Below the pieces are notes generated by a model. The model ran no database searches. It had not been told where the DNA came from and was given only the letters and a program-made list of their open reading frames with translations. Source: an uncultured Gemmatimonadales bacterium (lineage in GTDB: Bacteria; Gemmatimonadota; Gemmatimonadetes; Gemmatimonadales; Gemmatimonadaceae). Taken from it: DNA of 64,000 nt. The number at the start of each line of letters is the position of its first letter. The stretch's first letter is position 1. The DNA lies in NCBI GenBank assembly GCA_963707505.1, contig CAVPQB010000004.1:1056001-1120000 (forward strand). Reading direction: 5' to 3'. Below are positions 43,021 through 54,282 of this stretch, piece by piece. Both the position numbers and the translations under genes were made by a program.

Positions 43021-44853
43021 TCATGAGGACGTACGCCGCATCGCCGCTTCGACTTCCTTGCGGCGGTCCGTGATCTTCGCAGCCGTCTTGAGGTTCGCGA
43101 CGAATTCCTGAATCCGACCCTGTTGCATGGAGTTCAGGTACTGACCACGAAGCTGATCCTTGGCTGCGTCGAAGGTCTTGCGATCTGCATCGACTCGTCG
43201 ATTTACCTCAATCACAAATACCGCCTCGTCCGTCACGATCGGCTCGCTCACCGTACCGACGGGAAGCGCGAACGCCGCACCGACTATCCTCGATGCGTTC
43301 GGTGCGTTGGGGATACCCGAGACGCGCGTGAACGCGTCTGTCTTGACCACCTGCGTGTTCAACAACTGACCAGCCTGCTGGAGTGAGCTGGCCGACGCCG
43401 CGATCGCGAACTTGCGAGCCGGATCGACTTCCTTCTGAACCGCCTTCTTACGCGCGAGCAGCAGCTTGATGTCGCGCTTTGCAGCGTCGAGCGATGGCGT
43501 TCCGCCTGGCGTCAGTGCATCCAGCCGGGCCAGATAATAACCAGCGTCGTCGTCGTACAGATCGCTGCTCTCGCCCACCTTGGCGCCGCCGAAGGCCCAC
43601 GCCGAAACGCTCGGAACCTGCTGGCCATTGTACACGAGCGTCTGGCCCTCCGTCACGTCGGCGGTGTAGGTCTTGAGACCGAGCGCCTTGATCGCTGCGT
43701 CGAACTTGTCCGGCGTTTCGCTGGACGCGGCCATCTTGGCGAGCGTGTCGGCCTTCCGGTCCGTGCGATCCGCATTCGAATCGCTCTGCGCGATCCGCAG
43801 CAGAATGTGGTGCATTGCGAGCGTGTCGCCGTTGCGCGAATCAAGGCGGATGAGATGATACCCGAACTGCGTGAGCACCGGCGGTGAAATCTCCCCGGGC
43901 TTGAGCGCGGCGGCCGCTGTCTCGAATGCAGGAACGAACCGGCCCTTCACACCCTTGCCGAGATCACCGCCCCGAACCGCCGACGCAGAATCCACGGATT
44001 CGGTTTTCGCGACGTCTTCGAACTTCACTGCGCCACTGACGATGCTGTCGCGCAACGCGATCGCGTGATTTCTCACCGCGGCTGAATCGGCCGCAGTGAC
44101 CGTTCGCGGAATCTCCGTGAACGTCACACGCGCGCGGCCGGTGCGCGCCATGTCCTTCTTGTGCTCGTCGTAGTACGCGCGAATCTCCGCATCGGTCACA
44201 GGCGCGGCAGCGACGTCTGCATCACTCGGTACGAACGCCGCGTAGCTGATCGCCGCACTGTCGTGCGCGTCGCGGTAGTTCATCCACAGCGTCGCATCCG
44301 AGATCCAGAGTCCCGACGTTATCTGTTGATACAGTTTCTGTTTTGGAATCGCATCGCGGTAATAGTTCTCGAGCTGCAACAACAGTCCGCTCTGCTTTGC
44401 CGTTGGGCTGGCGAGGAAGCGCTGATACTTCTCGAGATCGAACTGTCCGTTGGTCTGCAGCTCGGGGTCCTGCATCAGCTGCGGCGGCGGACTGTACTTT
44501 GCCGCGTTGGTAAGCTCGTCCACGGAAACAGTGATTCCGCGCCGGCGCATCTCCTGACTCAGCAGTGCGTCGCTCACGAGCTGATCGTAGGCCTGGTTCT
44601 GAATCGCATTACGCTCGTCCAGCGAGATCGATTCGCCGCTCGACGCCGTTCGCTGCTGTTCCAGCTGCGCTGACAGAGCCTGCCAGGTGGTTACGAGGAT
44701 GTCCTGCCCGTTGACAGTCGCCACAGCGGTGGTGGATGTTATCGGGGCACTACCGAAGAGGCCGGAAGATTCGTATAGAAGGAAGCCGCCGATGAATGCG
44801 ACGGTGACGAAAATCCAGATGTATTTTGCGGAACTCCGCATCGATTGTAGCAT
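43021..44853 (-). CDS. SurA/PpiD-type peptidyl-prolyl isomerase chaperone
   Basis: N-terminal membrane anchor, SurA_N-like region, rotamase motif SAVRGGDLG..FVPAFE..GEISPPVLTQFGYHLI. Confidence 0.88.
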   Translation of the reverse strand: MLQSMRSSAKYIWIFVTVAFIGGFLLYESSGLFGSAPITSTTAVATVNGQDILVTTWQALSAQLEQQRTASSGESISLDERNAIQNQAYDQLVSDALLSQEMRRRGITVSVDELTNAAKYSPPPQLMQDPELQTNGQFDLEKYQRFLASPTAKQSGLLLQLENYYRDAIPKQKLYQQITSGLWISDATLWMNYRDAHDSAAISYAAFVPSDADVAAAPVTDAEIRAYYDEHKKDMARTGRARVTFTEIPRTVTAADSAAVRNHAIALRDSIVSGAVKFEDVAKTESVDSASAVRGGDLGKGVKGRFVPAFETAAAALKPGEISPPVLTQFGYHLIRLDSRNGDTLAMHHILLRIAQSDSNADRTDRKADTLAKMAASSETPDKFDAAIKALGLKTYTADVTEGQTLVYNGQQVPSVSAWAFGGAKVGESSDLYDDDAGYYLARLDALTPGGTPSLDAAKRDIKLLLARKKAVQKEVDPARKFAIAASASSLQQAGQLLNTQVVKTDAFTRVSGIPNAPNASRIVGAAFALPVGTVSEPIVTDEAVFVIEVNRRVDADRKTFDAAKDQLRGQYLNSMQQGRIQEFVANLKTAAKITDRRKEVEAAMRRTSS

Positions 44854-44962
44854 AGCCCGGTAAGCTGTTCCCCAGAGTGGACAAAATCAAGGTTGGGGAA
44901 GTATCTTCCCCACTTCGCGCCGCAGTCGGCGAAACAAACGTTTCCCCAACGAGAGGACGTTG

Positions 44963-46345
44963 ATGGCCGATACGGGCCGGCTGGACGAGCTAAAACACAA
45001 GTTCGACGAGAACCCAAAGCGCTACTTCGCGCCCCTGGCCAACGAGTATCGTAAGGCCGGCGACGCCGAGCTCGCGATCGAACTGTGCAGGACGTACCTG
45101 CCGCAGCAGCCGAATCACATGAGTGGCTATATCGTGTACGGACAGGCGCTCCACGACGCAGGACAGGCCGAAGAGTCCGCCGCTGTCTTCAAGCAGGCGC
45201 TCAGCCTCGACCCCGAGAACATCATCGCGCTCAGGAACCTGGGCGACATCTCCCGAAACGCCGGCGACAATGTCGGCGCCATGCGCTGGTACGGTAAGGT
45301 TCTCGAGCTGGATCCCCGAAACGAAGAAATCTCGGCGTTCCTCACCTCGCTCTCGGCCCCCGGCACCAAGGCGTTCGGACCTCCCGCTACCCAAACATCC
45401 GAGCGGCAGGCCCCGCCAACGATCCGCCCCGAGCCGGCACCCGATGCGTCGGCCGTACGGCTGGAAGACATTTTCTCCCAGCCTGACATGGAACAGACTC
45501 CCTTCTCGGCGGAAGAGCGAGCAGAGCCGGAGCCAATCGAGTTCCAATCCGAACAAACGTTCGAAGAGGTTACCAGCGAACCTTTCCAGGTGACGGAATG
45601 GCCAACGGCGATGGATACGGGGAGCGACCTGGAATCGGACTCCACTCCGGTCATCGAAGGTCCGTGGCATACCCCGCCCGAGGAAGAGTCCGCGGCAGGC
45701 GCAATCCACTGGGCCGACGAGAGTGCCGAGGAACGAACACCGCTTCGTTTCGCCGAGTTCATGCCCGAAGAGGAAGGCGCATTCGCACCGACCGCGGAAG
45801 AGCTGGGGGAAATCGAGCCGGCGGCTGCGTCTAACGCTGCCGCTGCCGCTGACGCCGCGCCGCCAGCCGATGCTGGCCCGGAAACACCGTCTCGCACGGC
45901 CGAAATGCCCGAAGCTGGCCAAGGCGTGGAATCGGCGCCGGAGGCCGCTCAGGCGCAGGATGCGGCGCCGACTGCCGCTGATCGTGGATCGTCTCCGTTC
46001 GTCACCGAGACGATGGCTGAGCTGTATCTCAGCCAGGGGCTGCACGGCGAAGCGCTCGCGATCTATCGTCAGCTCGTCGTTCGCCGCGACGATCCCGCGC
46101 TGCGCCAGAAGATCGCCGAGTTGGAGGCTGCTCCCGCGCAACCGCCCGGCCGTGAAACGGTGCGCGCGTTCTTCGCACGGATCGGGGCACGCCGGCCCAA
46201 CGAAAAAGTCGAGATCGCTGCCCAGCACGGATCATCGCTCGCGGCACTTTTCGGATCTGCTGAGCAAGATGCAAGCGACGTGAGCGCGGCGCAGCGCCTT
46301 TCGGGTGCGTTCGGCAATCCGCAGTCCGCCGCTTCGCACTCCTGA
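44963..46345 (+). CDS. TPR protein with acidic linker and C-terminal TETMAELY TPR
   Basis: FAPLANEYRKAG TPRs, E/P/A-rich middle, FVTETMAELYLSQG..ALAIYRQL. Confidence 0.8.
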   Translation: MADTGRLDELKHKFDENPKRYFAPLANEYRKAGDAELAIELCRTYLPQQPNHMSGYIVYGQALHDAGQAEESAAVFKQALSLDPENIIALRNLGDISRNAGDNVGAMRWYGKVLELDPRNEEISAFLTSLSAPGTKAFGPPATQTSERQAPPTIRPEPAPDASAVRLEDIFSQPDMEQTPFSAEERAEPEPIEFQSEQTFEEVTSEPFQVTEWPTAMDTGSDLESDSTPVIEGPWHTPPEEESAAGAIHWADESAEERTPLRFAEFMPEEEGAFAPTAEELGEIEPAAASNAAAAADAAPPADAGPETPSRTAEMPEAGQGVESAPEAAQAQDAAPTAADRGSSPFVTETMAELYLSQGLHGEALAIYRQLVVRRDDPALRQKIAELEAAPAQPPGRETVRAFFARIGARRPNEKVEIAAQHGSSLAALFGSAEQDASDVSAAQRLSGAFGNPQSAASHS

Positions 46346-46352
46346 CGCGACG

Positions 46353-46802
46353 GTGGGTACTCTGCGTGTCGCGGTCATCAACGGCCCGAATCTCAACCTG
46401 CTCGGTGTTCGCGAGCCGGGAATTTACGGAAGCGAGACACTGGCTCAGATCGAGACCAGCCTGAAGAGTGTCGCTGCGGAGCTGGACGCGACACTCGATT
46501 TCTTTCAATCCAACAGCGAGGGCGACCTCGTAACCGCGGTGCAGAAGCTCCGCGGAGCCGCGGACGGTGCGCTCGTCAACGCAGGAGCGTATTCGCATTC
46601 GAGCATCGCGCTGCGCGATGCGTTCGCCGCGGTGTCGGTACCGTTCGTCGAAGTGCACCTCTCCAACGTTCACGCGCGCGAGCCCGAGCGTCATCGCCTC
46701 GTACTTGCGGGCACCGCGATCGGTGTCGTGTGCGGCCTGGGCAGTTACGGCTACGAGGCGGCACTCCGCGGACTCGTTCGCAATTTGCGAGCGCGCAAGT
46801 AA
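46353..46802 (+). CDS. aroQ: Type II 3-dehydroquinate dehydratase
   Basis: NGPNLNLLGVREPGIYG, QSNSEG, NAGAYSH, EVHLSNVHARE. Confidence 0.95.
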   Translation: MGTLRVAVINGPNLNLLGVREPGIYGSETLAQIETSLKSVAAELDATLDFFQSNSEGDLVTAVQKLRGAADGALVNAGAYSHSSIALRDAFAAVSVPFVEVHLSNVHAREPERHRLVLAGTAIGVVCGLGSYGYEAALRGLVRNLRARK

Positions 46803-47899
46803 TGCCGGATCGTCGTAGTGCTCGCGCCGCGCGACTGGTGGACGCGTTGACGGAGCATCATCTCGATGCGCTGCTCGTCACGGGCCGCGCCAACATCCGC
46901 TACATCACGGGATTTTCAGGATCGACCGCCTTACTCCTGATGACGGCGCGGGACAGCGTTCTCATCACGGATTTCAGGTATCAGACGCAGGTAGGTGCTG
47001 AAGTCGGCGATCTCGTGCGCGTGCGTGTGGAGGCGACGAGTCTCTGGGACGGACTGTGGGCCGAGCTCGGACAGTTCCCCGGGCGCGCGGTAATCGGCTT
47101 CGGATCTGCGCACGTCACCCATCGCGAGTTTCAGCGTTTTCTGGACGATGCCGCCGGTGCGCGCTGGCAATGGCGACCTCAGGGCGACATCGTCGAGGCC
47201 ATGCGCGAATCCAAGGACGATGGCGAAGTTGCGCTCATCGAACACGCTGCCGGAATGGCGACGCGTGCGCTTTCGAAGACGTTGCAGCAGGTCCGCGCCG
47301 GAATCACCGAGTTGGAGGTTGCGGGGATTCTCGAGAAGGCACTGCGCGATGAAGGAAGCGAGGCGCATCCATTCGAGACGATCGTGGCCTCGGGCCCTCG
47401 CTCGGCGCTGCCGCATGCGCGCGCGAGCAGGCGCGTGATCGAGCGCGGCGATCTGCTGTTGCTTGACTTCGGCGCCGAATACGGAGGTTACTGCTCCGAC
47501 GTCACGAGAACCGTCGTCGTCGGGCGAGCAACCGACGAGGTGCGCGGGCTGTACGATATCGTCCGCGTCGCCAACGAGCGTGCGGCCCGGGCCGTGCATG
47601 CCGGAATGACCGGTTCCGATGCCGATGCGGTTGCACGCGATTATATATCTGCCGCTGGCTTCGGCGGCGATTTCGGGCATTCGCTCGGCCATGGCATCGG
47701 CCTCGAAGTGCACGAGGCCCCACGGCTGGCACGTACTGCTGCCGCGAAACTCCCGGCCGATACGGTCGTCACCATTGAGCCGGGCATCTACCGTCCGGAG
47801 TGGGGCGGCGTTCGGATCGAGGATGACGTTTATCTCAGCGCGGATGGACCGCGCATGCTCACCGATTTTACCCACGAACTGCTGGAGCTGTCCGCGTGA
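46802..47899 (+). CDS. Xaa-Pro aminopeptidase (M24B)
   Basis: DFGA..GYCSDVTRT, HSLGHGIGLEVHE, TIEPGIY, GGVRIEDD. Confidence 0.92.
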   Translation: MPDRRSARAARLVDALTEHHLDALLVTGRANIRYITGFSGSTALLLMTARDSVLITDFRYQTQVGAEVGDLVRVRVEATSLWDGLWAELGQFPGRAVIGFGSAHVTHREFQRFLDDAAGARWQWRPQGDIVEAMRESKDDGEVALIEHAAGMATRALSKTLQQVRAGITELEVAGILEKALRDEGSEAHPFETIVASGPRSALPHARASRRVIERGDLLLLDFGAEYGGYCSDVTRTVVVGRATDEVRGLYDIVRVANERAARAVHAGMTGSDADAVARDYISAAGFGGDFGHSLGHGIGLEVHEAPRLARTAAAKLPADTVVTIEPGIYRPEWGGVRIEDDVYLSADGPRMLTDFTHELLELSA

Positions 47900-48391
47900 T
47901 TGATCTGCGCTATGTCAAGAAGCTGGTCGAGATGCTGGACGAGTCCACTGTCGACTCGATCGAGATCTCGACAGAAAAGGGGATGAAGATACGAATCTCC
48001 AAGACACCGCAGCAGCGCGGCGGTGTATCCGTCGCCCAGCCAATGGCAATGCCTGTGGCAGCGGTACCGCAACCCGCGCTGTCCGCTCCAGTTGCTCCGA
48101 GCGCCGAGAGCGTGGCAGCAGCGCGCGCGGATGAGGCGCGCGCGGGCTACCTCGAAGTCAAGTCACCGATGGTCGGCACCTATTACTCGTCGCCGGAGCC
48201 GGGCGCGAAGCAGTATGTCGAACGTCGGTGAGCGTATCGCCAAGGGCCAGACACTCTGCATCATCGAAGCGATGAAGATCATGAACGAGATCGAGTCGGA
48301 GTTCGATGGCGTCGTGCGCGAGATTCTGGTCGACAACGCTCAGCCGGTGGAGTATGGCCAGGTGCTCTTCCGCATCGACCCCAACGCGTAG
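47896..48391 (+). CDS. accB: Acetyl-CoA carboxylase biotin carboxyl carrier protein; +1 frameshift near 48220
   Basis: [10 protein letters not shown], then biotinylation motif [10 protein letters not shown] and VEYGQ in the next frame. Confidence 0.92.
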
Positions 48392-48399
48392 GCGGCACA

Positions 48400-49560
48400 A
48401 TGGGTAGCGCAGAAGCGGGCGGCGCCAGCGAGCGCATCGTCGTTCGACTACAAGGCAATACTGCAGCAGATGGTGCAGCGCAACGCGTCCGATCTCCACC
48501 TCAAGGTCGGCCGTCCGCCGACCCTGCGCATCAACGGCGATCTGGTGCCGATGGAGCTTCCCGCCATCCGATCTGGAGGATGTGCGGCACATCGCCGAGC
48601 AGATCGATGACCGCGCGCCACATGAAGGAGTTCGCCGAGCTCAAGGAGTGCGACTACGCACTCGGCGTTCCAGGCGTCGGGCGCTTTCGCGTCAATGCGT
48701 ATCAGCAACGCGGGACCATCGCGTACGCGTTTCGCGTGGTTCCGTTCCAGGCGCGCACGATCGGAGAGCTGAATCTTCCTCCGGTGGCTGAGAAGATCGC
48801 GATGGCACCACGTGGACTGGTTCTCGTGACGGGAATTACGGGATCAGGGAAATCCACGGCGCTGGCGGCGATGCTGCAACACATCAATCTGAATCGCTTC
48901 GCGAATGTCATCACGATCGAGGATCCGATCGAGTTCCTCCATCGTGACATCAATTCGCATATCAATCAGCGCGAAGTCGGCAACGACACTACGACGTTTG
49001 CGCAGGCGCTCCGTCGCGTGCTTCGTCAGGATCCCGATGTGATTCTGGTGGGTGAGATTCGAGATCTCGAGACGCTCGACACGGCCCTTCAGGCCGCTGA
49101 CACGGGCCATCTGGTGTTCTCGACGCTGCATACGACGGACGCGACACAGACCATCAATCGCATCCTCTCGTTCTATCCACCGAACCAGGCTGCCGAGGTC
49201 CGCTTCATGCTGTCAAGCGCGCTCCAGGCGATCGTGTCTCTGAGACTGGTGCCGCGGAAGGACGGAGCCGGCCGCGTGCCGGCGGCTGAAGTTCTGATCA
49301 ATACACAGGCGGTCCGCGACAACATCCGCGACATCGAGAAATCGCTAAACATCCCGGATCTAATCCGCGAAGGGACGGTTCATTACGGCATGCAGAGTTT
49401 CGACCAGAGTCTCATGTACTGGTACACCAAGGGCGTCATTACCTACGAGGCTGCACTCGGTGCGGCAACGAGCCCGAGCGAATTTGCGCTGAGGGTGCAG
49501 GGAGTCGCCGGAGCGAGCGACACGCACTGGGACGCCTTCACTGAAGCCGGTATTCAGTAG
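48400..49560 (+). CDS. pilT: PilT/PilU family type IV pilus retraction ATPase; compensating frameshifts in the N-terminal part
   Basis: [12 protein letters not shown] (shifted frame), [52 protein letters not shown]. Confidence 0.9.
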   Translation: MGSAEAGGASERIVVRLQGNTAADGAAQRVRSPPQGRPSADPAHQRRSGADGASRHPIWRMCGTSPSRSMTARHMKEFAELKECDYALGVPGVGRFRVNAYQQRGTIAYAFRVVPFQARTIGELNLPPVAEKIAMAPRGLVLVTGITGSGKSTALAAMLQHINLNRFANVITIEDPIEFLHRDINSHINQREVGNDTTTFAQALRRVLRQDPDVILVGEIRDLETLDTALQAADTGHLVFSTLHTTDATQTINRILSFYPPNQAAEVRFMLSSALQAIVSLRLVPRKDGAGRVPAAEVLINTQAVRDNIRDIEKSLNIPDLIREGTVHYGMQSFDQSLMYWYTKGVITYEAALGAATSPSEFALRVQGVAGASDTHWDAFTEAGIQ

Positions 49561-49562
49561 CG

Positions 49563-50926
49563 GTGTTCAACAAGATTCTCATCGCGAACCGCGGCGAGAT
49601 CGCGCTGCGTGTGATTCGTGCGTGCAGCGAGCTGGGCGTTCAGACGGTTGCCGTCTACTCCGAAGCTGATCGCGAGTCGCTGCACGTGCGCTTCGCCGAC
49701 GACGACGTCTGCATCGGACCGGCGCCTGCACGCGAGTCCTATCTCAACATCCCGAGACTGATCGCTGCGGCCGAGATCACCGGCGCGGACGCGATTCATC
49801 CGGGCTACGGATTCCTTGCCGAGAATGCGGAATTTGCCGAGACCTGCGCGGCGTCCAACATCACATTCATCGGTCCCACTGCGGAGCAGATCCGCGTCAT
49901 GGGCGACAAGGCCTCCGCGCGTCGCGCGATGCAGGAAGTCGGCGTGCCGATCAGTTCCCGGTTCACCGGGCCCTGTCGAGGATGTGGACGAGGCACTCGA
50001 GGTTCGCGGTCGAGATCGGATTCCCCGTCATCATCAAGGCCTCCGCCGGCGGCGGCGGAAAGGGAATGCGCGTCGCGGCCGATCCCGAGGATTTTGCGCG
50101 CGCCTTTCAGCTGGCGCGATCGGAAGCGCTCTCTGCGTTCGGGAACGGTGACGTGTACGTCGAGAAATATCTCGCGCGACCGCGTCACATCGAATTCCAG
50201 ATCATGGGTGACTCGCACGGCAACGTGATTCACCTCGGGCGAGCGCGATTGCTCGGTGCAGCGCCGGCACCAGAAGCTGATCGAGGAAGCGCCGAGTCCC
50301 GCCATGACGCCGGACCTGCGCACTGGCGATGGGCGAGGCTGCGGTGCGCGGCGCCAAGGCGATCAACTACGTCGGCGCTGGCACCATCGAGATGCTGTTG
50401 AACGAGGACGACTCGTTCTACTTCATGGAGATGAACACCCGCATTCAGGTCGAGCATCCGGTGACCGAGATGCTCACGGGCGTCGATCTCGTCAAGGAAC
50501 AGATACGGGTTGCGGCAGGCGAGCGGCTCAGCATTACGCGAGATGCCTCCGCTGCGCGGCCACGTGATCGAATGCCGCGTGAACGCCGAAGATCCCGCCC
50601 GCAATTTTCAGCCGTCGCCGGGCCGGATCGACGTATTCCATCCGCCGGGCGGCCCGGGTGTGCGGCTCGACACGCACGTGTACACGGGCTACAGCGTGCC
50701 GCCGTACTACGATTCGCTGCTCGCCAAGCTGATTTGCCAGGGCCGCGACCGCGACGAGGCTATCCGGCGCATGCAGATCGCGCTGGAGAGCTTCATCGTC
50801 GAAGGCGTTACGACTACGATACCATTCCTTGCGCGCGTGATGCACAACGCCGATTTTCAGGCGGGCAAGATCGACACCAAGTTCCTCGAGCGCGAGGGTG
50901 CCGCGCTCATCGCGGAGCTCACCTAG
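49563..50926 (+). CDS. accC: Acetyl-CoA carboxylase biotin carboxylase; about 5 frameshifts
   Basis: [71 protein letters not shown] across frames. Confidence 0.92.
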
Positions 50927-50937
50927 GACACAAGACA

Positions 50938-51689
50938 TTGCGGTTGGATGTATATCTTACGGCCGACGAGCTCGCGGAGACCGATCGCTCAGGCCGCGTC
51001 ATTGCCGTGATCGACGTTCTGCGAGCCTCGACCACTATCGTCACGGCACTCGCCAACGGCGCGCGTGCTGTGGTCCCGTTCGAGGATGCCGATGAGCTGA
51101 TCGACGCGCGCCCGGCAGTTCGAGCGCGGCGACGTTCGTCTTGCCGGCGAGCGCAAGATGCTGCCCATCGATGGCTTCGACATGGGCAACTCGCCGGCCG
51201 CAGTTCACGTCGGCAGCAGTCGGGGGACGACGGTGCTGCTCACCACGACCAACGGCACGCGCGCGCTGCTAGCGGCGCAGGGCGCCGCGCGACGTGGTCG
51301 TCGCGTCGTACGTGAATCTCTCCGCCGTGACGGCCATGCTGCGCACCGCGCTGCGCGGCGGCACCGACGTCGTCGATCGCGTGCGCGGGACAGGACGGAC
51401 ATTACGCGCTCGAAGACGCCGCATGCGCCGGCCGATTCGTCCGCACAGTCGACCAAGCGTCTGTCAGGCATAGCGATGAACGACGCAGCGCATTCGTGCG
51501 CGCTGCTCGCGCGAAGCTACGGCGACGAGATCGGATCGGTCTTCCTGGATTCGTCGCACGGACGTGCACTCGTCGCAGGCGGGATTCCATGACGACCTCG
51601 CGCTCTGCGCGGCCGTCGACGCATATCCGATCGTGCCAGTATTTACGGAGCGTCAGATCACCAGGCTCGGCACCGACCGGGAGCGATGA
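50938..51689 (+). CDS. comB: 2-phosphosulfolactate phosphatase family protein; multiple frameshifts
   Basis: [51 protein letters not shown]. Confidence 0.82.
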
Positions 51690-51690
51690 C

Positions 51691-54022
51691 GTGGCCGACG
51701 CGGCGCTGAAGCGCGAGGTGCAGGCGATCGCGCTGCTGCTGCTTGCGGTGTTTCTCGCCGGCGCGCTGATGCTGCACGGTTGGAGCGAGATGCGCGGTGT
51801 ACCAGCGTGACGGCCGGAAGCTTCGGATGGGTCGGGGCGATCGCTCGCGCGCGCGCTCGATCGCGGTGTTCTCGGCTGGCTCGGCGCCGTCGCTCCTTCC
51901 GATCGCGCTCGCCGTGCACGCACTGCGTGTGTTCGGCCGCTCGAGCGGAGGCCGGGATCGCTCGTGGCTCATCTTCCTGCTCGGCATGGTGATCGTGCTG
52001 CCGTTCGGTGTGGCGCTTGCGATGGGTGCAACCCGCGACGACAACGTCGTCTCCGGAGTCATCGGCGGCATCACCGGCCTTCTACACGACTGCAGCTCAC
52101 GGGACCGGTCGGCGCCTGGCTGCTTTTCGTGCTCGCGCTGAGCGTGCTCACGGCCGCGACGCTGTCGTGGAATCCGATTCGCATGCTCGTCGGGCGGCGA
52201 GGTAAAGCCGGTCGTCGCTGGACCGGAACAGGCGGCAGCGCTCGACGACACGTACAATCCGCCTCGCGTGCGCAAGCAGAAGCTGCTCGCGCAGCAACTC
52301 GAGCCGAACCGGAAGAGATGCCTGTGATCGACGAGGCGCTGTCTGCGCCGTTCGAGCTGCGCAAGGACAGGAGCCGACGCCGCCGCGGCAAGGATCGCGA
52401 CACGGCAGTCAGCCGAAGATCGTGTCGCCGCGGCAATCGAGGCGAGCGACATGACGCATGAGCGATTCGACGATGAAGATCTTCCGACGCCGGATCTGTT
52501 GACAGCGCCGGCTCCGCGCAACATGCCGACGCCAACCGCCGCGATCTCGACGCCGCATGGGCAGCGAGCTGATGGACGCGCTGCGCACGTTCCGCGTCGA
52601 CGGCGAGCTGGTCGGCCGCACGACCGGGCCGGCCGTGACGCAGTTCGAGATCGAGCCGGCACCGGGCGTGAAGGTGCGGCAGATCGCGAATCTCGCAAAC
52701 GATCTCGCGCTCGCGATGCGCGCGCAGAGCATTCGCATCGTCGCGCCGATTCCGGGACGCGGCGCGGTTGGCGTCGAAGTTCCGAATCCGATCGCCGGAG
52801 ATGGTCGCGTTCCGCGAGCTGCTCGAGTCGCGCGATTTCCAGTGCGCGCGCGCCGCACTTCCGATCGCACTCGGCAAGGATCTCGAGGGCAGGCCGGTCA
52901 TCGCCGATCTCGCGAAGATGCCGCACCTGCTGATCGCCGGCGCGACGGGGTCCGGCAAATCGGTCTGCGTCAACACGCTCATCACGAGCCTGCTGTATCG
53001 GCACACGCCGACGACGCTGCGCTTCCTGATGGTCGATCCGAAGATGGTCGAGCTGTCGGTGTACAACACGCTCCCGCATCTGCGGCACAAGGTCGTCACC
53101 GACAATCGCGACGCGGCGGCGGTGCTCAAGTGGGCGGTGCTACGAGATGCAGGATCGTTACGAGCTGCTCGCCGCGAACGGCGCGCGCAACATCCAGGAC
53201 TTCAATCGCAAGGTCACGGAAAAGGCGCCGCTCAAGACGCCCAAGACGCCAGACGTCGCGTTCGAGGACCTCGAGTACAAGGACGGCATGCTGCCGTACA
53301 TCGTCGTCATCATCGACGAGCTCGCCGACCTGATGATGACGGTGCAGGGCGAGGTCGAGACGCCGCTCGCGATGCTGGCGCAGAAGGCGCGCGCGATCGG
53401 AATCCATCTCATTCTCGCGACGCAGCGTCCGAGCGTGAACGTCATCACCGGTCTGATCAAGGCGAACTTCCCGAGCCGCATCGCGTTTCGCGTCGCGAGT
53501 CAGATCGACAGCCGCACGATCCTCGACGGAATGGGCGCGGAGTCGCTGCTCGGCAACGGCGACATGCTGTTCATTCCGCCGGGCAAGTCGGAGCCAGCGC
53601 GTCTGCAGGGCGCGTATCATCTCGAGCGAAGACACCGAGCGCCTGATGGGCTGGTATCGAGGCGAGCAAGAAGGCACGCGCGCTCGGGCGCTGCGGCGTC
53701 GTCGATGAAGCGCCGAGCGAGAGCGACATTCTCGAAGCGGTGCGCGAAACTGGAAGCCGAGCGCGCTGGCGGCGGCGAGGACGGTGACAGTGGCGATGAC
53801 GGCGATCGCGACAAGCTGTTCCGCGAGGCCGCCGAGATCGTGATCCAGCACCAGAGCGGATCGACGTCGCTGCTGCAGCGACGTCTCAAGATCGGCTACG
53901 GCCGCGCTGCGCGAATCATGGACCAGCTGCAGCTCGCCGGCGTACTTGGTCCTTCCGACGGCCCTCGCGGGAGAGACGTGCTCGTCGGACTCGAAGATCT
54001 GGAGCGGATCGCGCCGCGGTAG
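51691..54022 (+). CDS. ftsK: DNA translocase FtsK/SpoIIIE; multiple frameshifts
   Basis: N-terminal TMs, [50 protein letters not shown], gamma domain [14 protein letters not shown]. Confidence 0.92.
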
Positions 54023-54072
54023 TGTGCATCGTCACCCGCCGCCTTCGGCGAGGATGACGACGAATCGGCTTC

Positions 54073-54282
54073 TCAGTCGCCGCGCGGCTTGAGCAGGTCG
54101 CTTGCGCGCAGGCCATGGTACTCCTTCTGCTGCGCCTCCACCCAAACGTTGTACACGTACGGATCGCCGCTTCCGCCGCCCTTGTCGTCGGCCATCTTCT
54201 CGAAGCTCTTCGTGATTCTGCCGAGAGGCTTTCCCGGAACGCTCACGATCCGGACGTGGTCTCCAACTACGATACTTGCCAT
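54073..54282 (-). CDS. Small hypothetical protein (69 aa), SH3/KOW-like
   Basis: MASIVVGDHVRIV..GRI..YNVWVE..LRASDL pattern; GC-rich third codon positions. Confidence 0.55.
   Translation of the reverse strand: MASIVVGDHVRIVSVPGKPLGRITKSFEKMADDKGGGSGDPYVYNVWVEAQQKEYHGLRASDLLKPRGD

Noticed and set aside
50329..51315. Apparent accC-comB chimeric ORF
   Set aside because: Product of several frameshifts; accC has its own stop at 50926 and comB its own start at 50938
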